NCBI GenBank assembly: GCA_032718475.1
Contig: JAUCBJ010008784.1
Span: 1 to 64,000, forward strand
From: Nemertoderma westbladi
Lineage: Eukaryota; Animalia; Xenacoelomorpha
Direction: 5' to 3'
DNA length: 64,000 nucleotides
Part shown: piece by piece, positions 38,031 through 50,150 of the stretch
Layout of the letters: the number at the start of each line of letters is the position of its first letter
How positions within the stretch are numbered: the first letter of the stretch is position 1
Made by a program: the position numbers and the translations under genes
Notes under the pieces: generated by a model
What the model was told of the DNA's origin: nothing
Seen by the model: the letters and a program-made list of their open reading frames with translations, nothing else
The model's database searches: none

Positions 38031-38419
38031 AATTATGTATAATTCGTCCGGTGTTGTTAGAGGGTACCGGGACGATCAGGCTTCATGAATACCATAATTG
38101 CAATTTGTAATATTATTTTTATTAATCCAAATCAATTTAGAAAACTAATAATAAAACAAATTTGCAACTCGGTACTATGGGGCACTACAGTAGCCTATAG
38201 TGCTAAATATTCGGCTCCGAACTTTGGACTAAGTTTGGTACTTACTAAATAAGGTAGTATATTACTTTCATTTAGTGCATTAAAGTAAGGCATTTAAGAA
38301 TATTCCCACATAGCCCCATTTGTAAAAACCAATTAAGGGGGGCTTTACCTTTTTTAGGATAAAAAATGCGAAATTAATTATTAACATTACTTTCCCCAAA
38401 AAAAGTGTTTCCCGACTTA

Positions 38420-38815
38420 AACAGACAGATTAGATTTTGCCGAACATCAAAACTGACACCGGAAATGAAATCGGCTACCCCGAAAACCCCCATAATGGAA
38501 ATGTTAGCTAGAATGTGTATTTTTGTATGTTGACAGGCATTCGAAAAGACAAAACGACCGACAAGACAGAGAGACAAACTGACAGGTAGACAGACAAAAT
38601 TCAACCAAAAATCAAAACTGGCATCGGAAATGAAATCAGCGATATGGAAAACCCCCAAAGCGAAACAAAGAAGCGTGTTTTATTATATTTTGACGACAAA
38701 CCAAAAGACAGACAGACATTCCTACAGACAGCCAGACAGATAGAGTTGATTTGTCCAAATTTGAAAACTGACATCAGAATTTGAAATAAAGCGACTACGA
38801 AAACCCCCAAATAGT
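38420..38815. repeat. Three diverged ~160-bp tandem units with GACA microsatellite (Helentron/HINE-like)
   Basis: aaactg.ca.cggaaatgaaatc.gc...gaaaacccc recurs three times. Confidence 0.6.
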
Positions 38816-39183
38816 GAAAATTTCAGCTGTCTGCTTCCTTAAAATCATTCATAAATGACAAATTTAATTAATTCGTATCGGCAGTCACATACTGTAGAGA
38901 CTGACTAATTTGCGCGGGAAGGTTCAAACTTTAAATGAATTTTACTCAGAATATTTTTTCTCGTTTTTTGCTTCACGCAAAATCTATCTACTCCGTCATT
39001 TTTTACTCAATTCGTTTGAAACTTTCAGTGAAAGGTCTTGACATATTGACCAATAAAACTTGTAGAGAGAATTTTGAAATTTTCAGTGTAGGTTATATTT
39101 TGGGCCGATAATGTGAAAAAATGTTGGCCCGAAATAAAGTACATTATATTTTTTAGTTTATAATACTACCATGGTGTATTACT

Positions 39184-39316
39184 AGCATGGTGGCCATCCC
39201 ATGACTTTCTTGAGACGCATCTTAAAGGACACTGGTCTTGAAAATGCTGATGATCTAGCAAATGTCATGGGTGATAGGGTGTTGTGGCGGCGCAATTTTG
39301 TCAACAAGCCGGCATA
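39184..39316 (+). mobile_element. RTE-clade LINE 3' fragment, left part (target of the Maverick insertion; continues at 62007-62100)
   Basis: Matches 62962-63093; the sequence resumes after the Maverick TSD. Confidence 0.88.
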
Positions 39317-39721
39317 AGTAGTAGAAGAAGAATGGTCCTTGTCGTAAGTCCTCCCTAGCTTGGGCTATGGGCATACCACTCGGAGGGCTATTAAAAATGC
39401 CAAATTTTGATGCGCGCGCCATATGTCACCATCGGCAGTTGCCATCAACCAATCGTAGCGTAGCTTAACCTCGCGATGCCCGCCTTACTCGACTGATTGA
39501 CTAACCCTACGGTTATTCACCTTTTCGCCACGTTACCACCACTGCCACGTTACCACCACCACTGTATACTGTATATGGTGACGACGTGGCCATCTACACG
39601 CATCACGCATATATTATATTATATCGATTGCCAACTCCTCGACTGCTGTCGCCAAATCAACAAACCAACCAGTATGATACATGAAATTCCACCACGTTCC
39701 AGCTACGCGTATACGAGCATT
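39317..39721 (+). repeat. Maverick left TIR
   Basis: Reverse complement of 61623-62006 with a few substitutions and indels. Confidence 0.95.
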
Positions 39722-39799
39722 AGTGATTATTATTATTACGCAGAACCAAATAATTTTTGATTATACAGTAGTTCCCTACCGGTTAATCAACCAATCAAT

Positions 39800-42700
39800 C
39801 AATCGATACATAAGCTGTAGGCCTGCCGACAATAAGACCAAGAAAGATACCGGTACTAGGCCTATACAGTTTTTATCCCTGAGTCAGACTACAGCCAGAC
39901 AGCACAAATGTTCCCGCTCTTAATCTCCACAGTTTTCATCGTTCTGGGCCGTTTCGTTGTGGCAGAACCATCCGATCCGCGGGGTAACCCTGCAACCCAC
40001 CCAATACCCGTATTGGACTGGTTTGCGGAACACCCTGTCGCTACCGTTTAGAACTGCCGCGCCGAATCGACGGAGATGTGGTCGACGAGTGGATTTAGCC
40101 TCTACTGCTCTCGTCGGGGAAGAAGATCTTGGGTCTCCTCTCCACGATCTAGAGGCCTAATCGCTAAACTCTGTCTACTGCGTCTCTGGCTGGGGATATT
40201 GAGACCAACCCAGGACCCAGCAGGACGCGGGCCCCGAAGATCAACTGTCCCGTCTGTCAACGAGGAACAAACTCTCGGAGTAAGATCGTCCAATGCGAGA
40301 GTTGTGACACATTTGTACATTTAAAATGTTACCGTAGGAAACGCAGTAATTTATTCTCCACCAGAACAGCAGAAACAATCTTGAACCAAGTTTTCTCTGC
40401 AATAGCTGTATTTTTACCGAACTTCCCTTTCATGATACAATTTTAGAATCAGAAACCGACGATTCATTTCTCACATCGCCTCTGCAAACTCCAAGTGATG
40501 CTGAGAGTGAAACTTTTAATTTTTTTAAGAAAAAAGGTCTGCATTTTTTGCACTTAAACGCACGATCTCTGCTTCCAAAACTTTCCGAAATTCGTATTTT
40601 AATCAATAAATCCAACCCAGCAGTTTTAACAATCTCTGAAACTTGGCTCGATGATAGTGTTTCTGATATGGAGAAATTTATATTGATAATTACGTAGTTT
40701 TACGTAAGGATAGGGACAGACACGGTGGTGGTGTCTGTACTTACATTCGATGTGATTTAGCTTTTAATCGTAGGGAAGATTTAGAGACTTGTGACGAAGT
40801 TTTACTGGTGGAACTTTTACTTCCTAAAACTAAACCTATTTTAATCGGTACCTTATATCGGCCCCCTAAACAATCAGATTTTTTGCAAAATTTTGAAAAT
40901 ACAATTTTATGTAATCTTAGGTCAGACTGTGAAATATATTTCTTAGGTGATTTTAATATCTGTTACCATCACAAAGCATCCCCCATCTGTAAACAGTACC
41001 AAAGTATTTTAAATTTGTTTGGTTTAAAACAAATTATTCGAGATTCTACCAGAATAACCAGTAAAACTTCTACTTTACTAGATCACATCCTTTGTAATAA
41101 TACCGATATTATTTCTCAATCTGGGGTTTTACCTATAGGTCTAAGCGATCATTTTATAGTTTTTTGCACAAGAAAGACACAAAAATCTTTTTTCGGGGAT
41201 CATAAAACAGTAACAGTTAGGTCTATGAAAAATTACAGCAAGGAACGCTTTTTAAGTTTGTTAGTTAATTCTGACTGGGAACCCTGTTTTAAGGCCGCTG
41301 ACATTAACCTTGCGTACACTGTTTTTAAAGATATATTTTTAAAGGCACTTAATACTGTAGCACCAATTAAAGAAATTAGTCTTAAACAACGCACTGAGCC
41401 CTGGATGACCTCGGGTATTCTTAGTAATATCAGAGAAAGAGATAACTATTTGTATAAATTTAGGAAATACCGTGTTTTAGCTGATTATAATAATTACTGC
41501 AAATATAGAAACCTTGTCCAACGGGAAATAAAAAAAGCTAAATCTGAATATTTGTACAACAAAATAAGTGAGAATAAAGATAATCCTAAAAGTCTATGGT
41601 CTACCCTAAAATCGTTAGGTTATAAAAACCTTAAATCTAAATCGAATATTGTTCTGCAAGATAACGGTGAGCTGATTCATGATCATACTCTAGTTAGTAA
41701 TTTATTTAATAATTATTTTACTAATGTTGCCTCTAATTTAGTTAAGAAATTACCGTTATCAAGTAATAAATATAGTATAGGGTCTGAAACTCTAAATAAT
41801 TTTTATTTAGAAAAGTTACAAAATTCAGAAAAGTTATTTTTAAAACCCGTTTCTGAGGATTTCGTTTTTAAAAATCTACTTAGCCTATCAGCCTCAAAAA
41901 GTACCGGTCTAGATCTAATACCTGCCCGTTTTCTTAAGGATGGTGCTGAAGTACTTAAAGTGCCTATTACTTTTATTATTAATTACTCTATCGTAGATAA
42001 TGTAGTACCAGACGAACTGAAATTAGCTAAGGTTGTTCCTCTGTATAAAAAGAATAGTAAAGTAGAACCCTGTAATTACAGACCTGTTAGTATCTTAAGT
42101 ATTATATCTAAAATTCTAGAACGTTCTGTTTTTCTACAGCTGGAGGCACATCTTAGTAGGCTAAATCTGATCTATGAACTTCAGTCCGGTTTTCGTAAAT
42201 CATATTCTACAGACACCTGCCTTATTAACTTAACTGATACAATTAGATGTAATAACGCAAAGGGTTTATATACTGGTATGGTAATGTTGGACCTACAAAA
42301 GGCTTTCGATACTGTAGATCACGAAATTCTGCTTGGTAAGTTAGGCCTGATGGGTGTAGGTTCTATAGACTGGTTCAAGTCCTACCTGTCAGACAGAGGT
42401 CAAACTGTAGTCATTAGCAAATCGCTGTCTACTGTACAAGAGATTACCTGTGGTGTACCGCAAGGTAGTATATTAGGTCCTCTGCTTTTTGTATGCTATG
42501 TAAATGATATGATAAGTAGTATAGATCCCGATTTTAAACTCATTTTATATGCCGACGACAGTGCTCTTATTTTCTCTCATAAAGATCCTATCCATATTTC
42601 CCAAAAGTTAAGTGCAGTTCTAGAATCCTGTAATGAGTGGTTGGTTGATAATAAGCTATCCATTCACTACGGTAAAACTGAAAGTATTTTGTTTGGTTCC

Positions 42701-43748
42701 AAAAGAAAGTTAAAGAAGGTAACTAAGTTTGAAGTCACTAGTAATGGACATAAGATTGAAAATAAAAAGGAAGTTAAATATTTAGGCGCCACATTGGATA
42801 ACTGCTTATCAGGAGAAAGTACAGTGAAAAATATTTTCTCGAAAGTTAACAGTAGGCTTAGGTTTCTATACAGAAATAAAAATAGTTTGAACACTGACTC
42901 CCGCAAGTTACTTTGCTCTTCTTTAATACAATGTCACATGGACTATGCATGCACTTCTTGGTATGAAGGCTTAACCAAACAGCTTAAATGTAAATTACAA
43001 GTAGCTCAGAATAAAGTAGTACGATTTATTAAAGACTACAAACCTAGGCACCACCTAACTCCAGATGACTTTTCTGAATCTGGACTACTTAACTTAGATA
43101 GTAGAGTTAAGCAGCTACGCCTTAACCATGTGCATAAAGTGTATAATGGTGAATGTCCCAATTACCTAAAACAAAAATTCAACAGAGTTCGCGATACACA
43201 CTCTTACAGTACCAGAGCTAGTGCTTCAAACTTCTACCTCCCGAATTGTAAATCCTTTGAATCTGATACTTTCTTTTTTAACGGCATAAAAAATTGGAAC
43301 GCTCTGCCTAATGAAATTAAAAACCTAGATAATCAACATTCTTTTAAATCTGCAGTTAAATCTCACCTCCGAGTGCAATGTAAAAATAGGTACAATAGTC
43401 ATACAGTAAGTTATTAGTTTATTAATTATTTACTATTTATACTGTAATTACGTTTTATAATAAATTGTTCTGTACATTACATCTTTATCGTTGAGTCGGA
43501 CATTGTCACGCTCTCGGTAAAGTTGTACATGTACATAGTGTAATTACGTTTTATATTGGTTTTAGGTTAGCGTAGTGTAATATTGTATTTGTAACCAAGT
43601 AACATAAAGGACCCCCTTGGAAATAAGCTGCAAAGCTTTAGGGGTAATCCTATATGTTATGTTGGACAATACCTTTATACCGGTACATTGTTTGGTGTAT
43701 TTGTTATTGTTTTTACATAATGTATAAATAAATCTATCTATAATCAAT
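39800..43748 (+). mobile_element. CR1/L2-group (Crack/Daphne-like) LINE nested in the Maverick; boundaries approximate
   Basis: Leader-2A-PHD-APE-RT organisation; 3' UTR stem-loop GGACCCCCTTGGAAATAAG...GGGGTAATCC; AATAAA + ATCT/AATC tail. Confidence 0.88.
39908..43417 (+). pseudogene. LINE polyprotein: leader, 2A peptide, PHD finger, APE endonuclease, RT (frameshifts in the 5' part; 40808-43417 open)
   Basis: GDIETNPGP; CPVC..CESC..HLKC..CNSC; HLNARSL, ISETWL, YRPP, GDFN, SDH; [23 protein letters not shown]. Confidence 0.92.
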
Positions 43749-43908
43749 AAACCGAATTTAGGCTATTTCTCAGTTTAAGACCTGTATTATTTTTGAAAAT
43801 ATCTTATATATATAATCTCTTGCTTTAATCACAATTAATCATTTGTAATGGTTTTAGTTTAAAAGTTTTTACTTTGTTTGTTTGATTTACAATAAAATAA
43901 ATTAAATA

Positions 43909-44352
43909 ATGTCTTCTGATTCCGATATGGTTATGCCAATAGTAAGGCATTCATTTTTTGCAGAAGATGGTGAAGCCTATATTGTTATTGATTATACAAT
44001 TTACCGTCGGGGAGATGATAAATATAAAATTGAGTTTTCTGAAAAAGCCAGGAAAGTTTAAAGCTCAATTGATATTGATGCTTCTGATAATAGTATTCAT
44101 CTCTTAGATTACATCCTGAAAGTTGAGCATGAGGGAAAATTAATCAATATCTTACTATTATCCATGATAGAGGGGTTAATTGTTATTACACAATACAACA
44201 AAGCTGGTGAAAAGTTTGAAATACGGCTAAATCGGCATAGCCCCTACGAAATTATGTCTTTCTTTATTGTAATGATTTCAAAAGAATCCTTTGTCGAAAC
44301 TGAAGAATCAACAGATAATGTTGAATATGTTGATAATATCATTGATTCTTGA
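43909..44352 (+). pseudogene. Maverick hypothetical protein (147 codons, one in-frame stop)
   Basis: ATG at 43909 is in frame with ORF 44164-44352 across a single TAA. Confidence 0.55.
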
Positions 44353-44535
44353 CTTTTCCCACTATATTATGAATATTTTATGATTATTTATAAAATTTTG
44401 ATGTTTTTAATTATGAAAAAAAAACATCAAATTTTAAATAATCGAAAATTGTAGTAGTAATTGCATATACAGTATAACAGATTTGTTTGTTGTGTATTGA
44501 GGTAATTATTTTCAATTTACTTTAAAATTTGGAAA

Positions 44536-44985
44536 ATGGATATTTTAAATGAAAAATGTCCAGTTTGCTATTCTAAGTTATTGCAACATCGAGATTATTA
44601 TAAATGTGAAAATAAACATGCAACTTGCGTACAATGTATTGTACAATATTCCGAAATGAATAATTATTGTTCTAAAATTTGTCCTATTTGTCGCGCACCC
44701 ATATCTAAGTTTAATATAAAGTTGGCAAGATACCAACCCTATTATTGGAAAGAGCTTCGCAATATAACTTATATTTCTGCGGAAAGTAATGATCCGGGAG
44801 ATTTATTTACAATATTGGAGAATATTTTTTATAGAAATGTAGTACGACGGTGTTGCTACTATATTCCTTATTTTTTTAGCAGCGAACATAAAAAAATCAT
44901 TAGCGCAAAATTCTCGGGAAGTGATTTCCAAACCGCCGATGTTTCCTATCATTATTTCGCGTATAAAGACGCTCACCATGCTTGA
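44536..44985 (+). CDS. Maverick RING-finger protein (putative E3 ligase)
   Basis: CPVC-x12-C-x2-KHATCVQC-x14-CPICR. Confidence 0.8.
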   Translation: MDILNEKCPVCYSKLLQHRDYYKCENKHATCVQCIVQYSEMNNYCSKICPICRAPISKFNIKLARYQPYYWKELRNITYISAESNDPGDLFTILENIFYRNVVRRCCYYIPYFFSSEHKKIISAKFSGSDFQTADVSYHYFAYKDAHHA

Positions 44986-45197
44986 AAATGAGTCTATACT
45001 ATAATTGGAAATAGCACCTTTTGTTGCAGCGAGCGTCACATACTGTAGTTGTATCATATGTTAATTAAATATACAGTACTCTAATATTATAGTTGCATCA
45101 ATTATTATTATATACATAGTAATGGTGATGGTTTATTGATATTGATATTTATATTATATTATATTGTATTGTTGATATATCTTAATAATAATAATAA

Positions 45198-45872
45198 ATG
45201 GCTGACTTTAATTCAGGTCCATATAATTTAAACTTTCAAATGGGAACGAGTATGATAATTTCTGGCCCATCTGGTTCTGGAAAGTCAACATTTGTTAGCA
45301 ATTTAATTAAACACAAGAATGGTTGTTTCAACGAAGCCCCCTTGCGAGTATTGTATTGTTACGGGAGCAATCCCCCAACTATTCCTGGTATTACTCACCT
45401 TTAAAAAGGTTTGCCAGAAAATATAGATAGTTTAGTGAATAGTCGAGATTTATTAATTATAGATGATTTATTAACAGAAACTGAGTCCAGTACAGCTTTA
45501 ACTGTATTGTTTACTAAGGTAGCTCATCATTCCAATATATTTATTTGTTTTATAACGCAAAACATGTTTTACGGTGGGAAGCATAACCGCACAAGATCAA
45601 TTAATAGCCATACTTTAGTATTAATGAAAAATCCGCGAGACAGTTTATCGGTTTTAAATTTCGCGAAGCAGATGTTACCAGGGCAGACCAAATTTTTAGT
45701 AGATTCCTATCAAGATGCGACTATTGAACCATTTTCACATTTCTTAATTGATTTACGACAGGAAACACCCGAACATTTAAGATTTAGATCGGATATATTT
45801 CGTAATCATAATTGTTACATTAAAAATTACATTGACTATAAACGTAGTGAAAATAATAATAATAATAAATAA
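45198..45872 (+). pseudogene. A32/FtsK-like DNA packaging ATPase (one in-frame stop at 45402)
   Basis: Walker A GPSGSGKST, Walker B LLIIDD, HH..I...ITQN, KNPRD. Confidence 0.92.
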
Positions 45873-45909
45873 TTAATATTTTGTAACAATTTTCAATAAT
45901 GTTGCAACA

Positions 45910-46293
45910 ATGAATAGACTTGTGCAGAAATATCGTAACGAACTGGAATTTCTACGCAGCGCTACCCCTCAACAAAGAACTTATTTTATTAACCATACCG
46001 CGAGTAACGAATTAATACGGCTCATTGTAAATACTGCATTAAATGTTCTAAAAGGTAACGTACAATTGTCCCCTCATTCATTTAGAAATATTTACCGCTA
46101 TATAAAGGTATTGAAATCACTCAACCGTAAAACAAAAAATATATCAAGTTAAAGAAAAAAGTTAAGCAATCAATCTGGAGGCATACTACCGTTTCTAATA
46201 CCCTTACTCGGCATTGGTGCGAAACTCGCCGCGAGTGCCGGTGCCGCCGCCGCTGGAGCGGCTATTGCGAAAAAAATTAACCGCGGACGGTAA
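45910..46293 (+). pseudogene. Adenovirus pX-like core protein (one in-frame stop at 46150)
   Basis: ALNVLKGNV; C-terminal QSGG/ILPFLIPLLGIGAKLAASAGAAAAG, like the pX GG/ILPLLIPLIAAA motif. Confidence 0.75.
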
Positions 46294-46295
46294 TA

Positions 46296-46466
46296 ATGGT
46301 TAAAACAGGAGTAACATTTAGAAAATTATATTTAGTATCGAGTAAACCGTTAGCTACTGATTTAAAACCTCAAGATATACCTAGAGTAAATACTACAAAA
46401 AGAAAACCCTTTAAAACATCAACTTCAAAGAAAATAATAAAAAAATTTCAGTTGTTTTTACGGTGA
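46296..46466 (+). CDS. Small basic Maverick ORF (56 aa)
   Basis: MVKTGVTFRKLYLVSS...; tightly packed between the pX-like gene and integrase. Confidence 0.45.
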   Translation: MVKTGVTFRKLYLVSSKPLATDLKPQDIPRVNTTKRKPFKTSTSKKIIKKFQLFLR

Positions 46467-46517
46467 TGCCCTTTATAAGAGATTTGAATATACATATTAC
46501 TTGTGGTTGTCGAAAAG

Positions 46518-47592
46518 ATGCCACGCAAGATGAAACCGATTTTAAACCGAAGCTTAGACAAAAAACTGTTAAGAATTTATTTAGATCCTTCATCCCCTGC
46601 GGGATTTGCAAGTATCGCAAAATTAGCAAAAGCTGCAAACATCAAACCAGCTCAAGCCCAGAAATGGTTGAGCGGGCAAAATACATACTCCCTTCACGCA
46701 CCACGTAGACATCATTATCCAACATCTAAAATATTTACGGGAGGCTTAAAAGATATATATATGATAGATCTGGTGGATATGCAGCAATATAAATCGCAAA
46801 ATAATAATTATAACTATATATTAACATGTATTGATGCCTTTAGCTGGCTTGCTTTTGCCTATGGTATGAAAACAAAAAAGGGTATTGATATTATTAGTAT
46901 ATTGCAAAAAATATTCCAGAAAGGAAAACCATACAGAATCGCAACCGATCAAGGGTCTGAGTTTCTAAATAAATCTGTAAGGAAATATTTAGATACTATT
47001 GGTATAAAGTATTATGTAATGTATTCTGTGAATAAGGCGGCTATTGTCGAGAGATTCAATAGAACATTAAAAACAAGGATGTTCAAAATTTTCACACAAC
47101 GGGGAAATAATGTTTGGATAAAAATTTTACCGAAGCTCATTTATGCTTATAATAGGTCATATCATAGGACAAAAAAATGACACCCATTGAAGTTAATAAA
47201 TTTAATGAAACTGAATTAATGATAGATTATATGGGAAATATAGACAGATTAATCACAAGAAAATAAAATTTACAGTATGATTATCTATCGCTCGTACTGC
47301 TTTTGCTAAAGGCTATCGAGAACAATGGACACGTGAATTATTTATTATTCATCGGGTCAGATTGGATAGAGTACCAGCGGTAATGTTCGATATTAAGGAC
47401 AGCGCTGGAGCTATAATAAATGGCTCATTTTATTCATACGAACTCCAAAAGGTCCACCCGAATAGTAATATTTATCTCCCGATTGATAAAAATATTGGCA
47501 AACTTAAAGAACGTGTACGCAATGGGAAAAAAGAATATTTAGTCCGATTCATCGGATCCAAGAAACAGTCGTGTGTACAGCATATTCAATAA
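46518..47592 (+). pseudogene. Retroviral-like (rve) integrase with C-terminal chromodomain-like part; frameshifted after 47170
   Basis: YSLH, IDLVDM, IDAFS, TDQGSEF, KAAIVERFNRTLK, FAKGY..QWT.E, GSFYSYELQ, KEYLVRFIG. Confidence 0.93.
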
Positions 47593-47871
47593 GTTTAGGT
47601 TTATACTGTATATTAATTCATTTTGGGCACATATGTCCGTAATTAATTAATCAATCAATATTAACTCGAATGATATTACTATACTATAGTTCATTCGCTT
47701 TAAATAAAGCCAGTAAAATATTGATCCCTCGCATATACTGTAGAAGCGCATATACTGTAGAAGCGGGGGAATGAACGTGGTCACAGATGTCTATAATTTA
47801 ACATTATACCGGACTGTACTGTACTGTATGTACAAAGGAGTCAAGTAGAGAGAGGTTAAATAATAATAATA

Positions 47872-48747
47872 ATGGCTGTAGATACATATATCACTCTACT
47901 TTCAGATAGCTCATTAAACACTTACCCCAATAATAACCCTAGCGAGTTTACTGTTGATTTAGCCGAAGAATTATATATTGGTCCAAACGCTAAAATTGGA
48001 CTCGCGGAGATACAATACCAAGCAACATACAGTAATATTACTCTGCAAACTCAAATCTCGCTGTCAATCGGGGTAGATGCAAAAGATGCCAAATTATACA
48101 GTTTATTTCCTGGTATGCATAGCTCTATTCAAGTCATTATTGATGATATAAATAAACTGTTTAATTCTGAAGCGAAATATAGAGATTTCGAATTCATTTT
48201 TAATACAAATAATTCTAGAATTAAATTTAAATTTCCTAAAAAGTTGAAAAAAATACAATTAAGTCTACGCGGTGATTTAATTCAAATTCTAAGCTTAAAA
48301 CCGTTATTGGATCAGAATCATCCGGATATTCCGAATTGGGATATATACAGTACCACTACAGTGGATGAATTAAGCAATATAGAACAGCCGATATTAATTT
48401 TAAATTATAGTGGACCAAAAATTTCGGAAATTGGGATTTCAGATTTTCCAGCTCCCACGAATATTACTCGTAATAAAGATACTATCTTCATATATACAGA
48501 TATTATTAAGAGCTCATTTGTTGGCGACGCTTTAGCTCCGCTCTTAAGAACCTGTCCTTTAACACAATTAAATCGAAAATATATTAATCACGAATACGAG
48601 AGCATTTGCTATTACCCGTTGTTGAATAAAAAACTAAAAACAATATTAATTACTTTACGTGACGGCCAAGGTGAATTAATTAATTTCAATGGTGGTCGCA
48701 CTGTTATAACACTTAAGTTAATACGCGGTGGTGGTGGTGATGGATGA
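47872..48747 (+). CDS. Minor capsid protein (penton) 1
   Basis: YITLLSDSS..YPNNNPSEF; IGLAEI; IFIYTDII..SFVGD..APLLR; I.ITLRD..GELINF..G...ITL. Confidence 0.88.
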   Translation: MAVDTYITLLSDSSLNTYPNNNPSEFTVDLAEELYIGPNAKIGLAEIQYQATYSNITLQTQISLSIGVDAKDAKLYSLFPGMHSSIQVIIDDINKLFNSEAKYRDFEFIFNTNNSRIKFKFPKKLKKIQLSLRGDLIQILSLKPLLDQNHPDIPNWDIYSTTTVDELSNIEQPILILNYSGPKISEIGISDFPAPTNITRNKDTIFIYTDIIKSSFVGDALAPLLRTCPLTQLNRKYINHEYESICYYPLLNKKLKTILITLRDGQGELINFNGGRTVITLKLIRGGGGDG

Positions 48748-49583
48748 GCTCTACGTTAGACTACCAAGTAACTCCTGTCCAATTGATTTTCCTCGTAATA
48801 CTGCTAGTAATTATCAGATCAATTTCCATGGCGCCTTACCTATAAATCCAAACGAAAACTGGGTGGTAGGTATAAAAAGTATATTTTACTTAGCCACATT
48901 GCCGTCCATGTATAACAATGTAGAGAATGTTATTTTATTAAAAAAAGGGAAAAAAAATTTTGAGGATACACTTCCATCCGGTTTGTTCTACAGTATCAAT
49001 GACATTATAGATTATTTTAACACTGGGGTGTTGAAAGATAAATTACAAATAGTTGAAATACTCAGCAAAATAGGTTGCAATTTATTTTAGGGAAAACTGT
49101 ACGAGAGTTATTTATAGGTCAACAATTAGCCTATTATTTTGGAATTACTGAAAATAATCTCGGCGCGAATTTAAATCCAAATTTTAAAATTATTTTGAAG
49201 ACGAAAAATAATATAAAGGGTTATTTAATAAAGGTTATCGGAAATGGAGAAAAGCTTACCAGATGGTATTTTTATGCCCTCATCCACCCAATTCTATTCC
49301 AGAACCTAAATCGAACATGTACGTGACTACTAATATAATTGAAAATGAATATATTAATGACTTTGGTTTAGCCTTACTTTGTCGTGTCGCGATACCTGAT
49401 GACGTGAAATATGGTAGTGTAATAAATAAAGAATTTGTCAAGGATACAATTCATTATATCCCTGTAAAAAAATCATATAAGATAACATACATTCATATTG
49501 AAATAACAGACAAAGAAGGAAAAGATTTTAATTTTGAATACGGAACAACTTCAATTACCTTACACTTTAAAAAAATAAATTAA
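48740..49583 (+). pseudogene. Minor capsid protein (penton) 2, frameshifted
   Basis: YVRLPSNS...FPRNTASNY; WVVGI; MYVTTNII...INDF..LL; YIPV; IHIEITD..GKDFNF.YG...ITLHF. Confidence 0.85.
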
Positions 49584-49584
49584 A

Positions 49585-50148
49585 ATGGATTCCGATTTAT
49601 TTCAAAGATACAGTAAACCTCAATATGGTGGTGCAGACTCTAATCTTGCTGTTTTTAAAGGTGGTAGAAGTACGAGAGGCTCGACGCAAGTTCCTGTTTT
49701 TCGAGGTGGTTCATATATTGACCCTTACGGACAACAAATTGGTGCATTTGGTCCAAACTTAAAACAACGTCGTTTTCAACGTTATCGTAGAGGTATGTTG
49801 CGAACAAATCAACACGGGGAAGGTATATTTACAGACGCTTTATCTACATTGAAAAAATTTGGTAAGCCATTAGCAAAAAAAGTTTTACAAAAAGCTTTAC
49901 CATTTACCACAAAATTTATGAGACAACATGTAATACCAAAAGGTAAGCGGGTCTTACATCAGCAGGCTAATACGGTTATTAATAAAGCATTAAATAAAAT
50001 GAAACCATCCACAAGATCTGTTGTTGAAAAAGTTTATAGAGACTTAAAGCGACCTACTAGACCAATGTCTATGAACATACATCATCGACGTAGTAAAAAG
50101 AGAAAAATAAAAGGCAAACTGAAACACTGCGAAAAAAGTATTTTTTAA
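49585..50148 (+). CDS. pVII-like basic core protein
   Basis: K/R-rich; adenain-type sites QYGG, FRGG, QHGEG followed by IF..L. Confidence 0.75.
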   Translation: MDSDLFQRYSKPQYGGADSNLAVFKGGRSTRGSTQVPVFRGGSYIDPYGQQIGAFGPNLKQRRFQRYRRGMLRTNQHGEGIFTDALSTLKKFGKPLAKKVLQKALPFTTKFMRQHVIPKGKRVLHQQANTVINKALNKMKPSTRSVVEKVYRDLKRPTRPMSMNIHHRRSKKRKIKGKLKHCEKSIF

Positions 50149-50150
50149 TA

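Noticed and set aside
39497-39760. Duplicated ORF MTNPTVIHLF (also 61557-61826)
   Set aside because: Lies within the TIRs; the two copies differ in frame; no coding evidence
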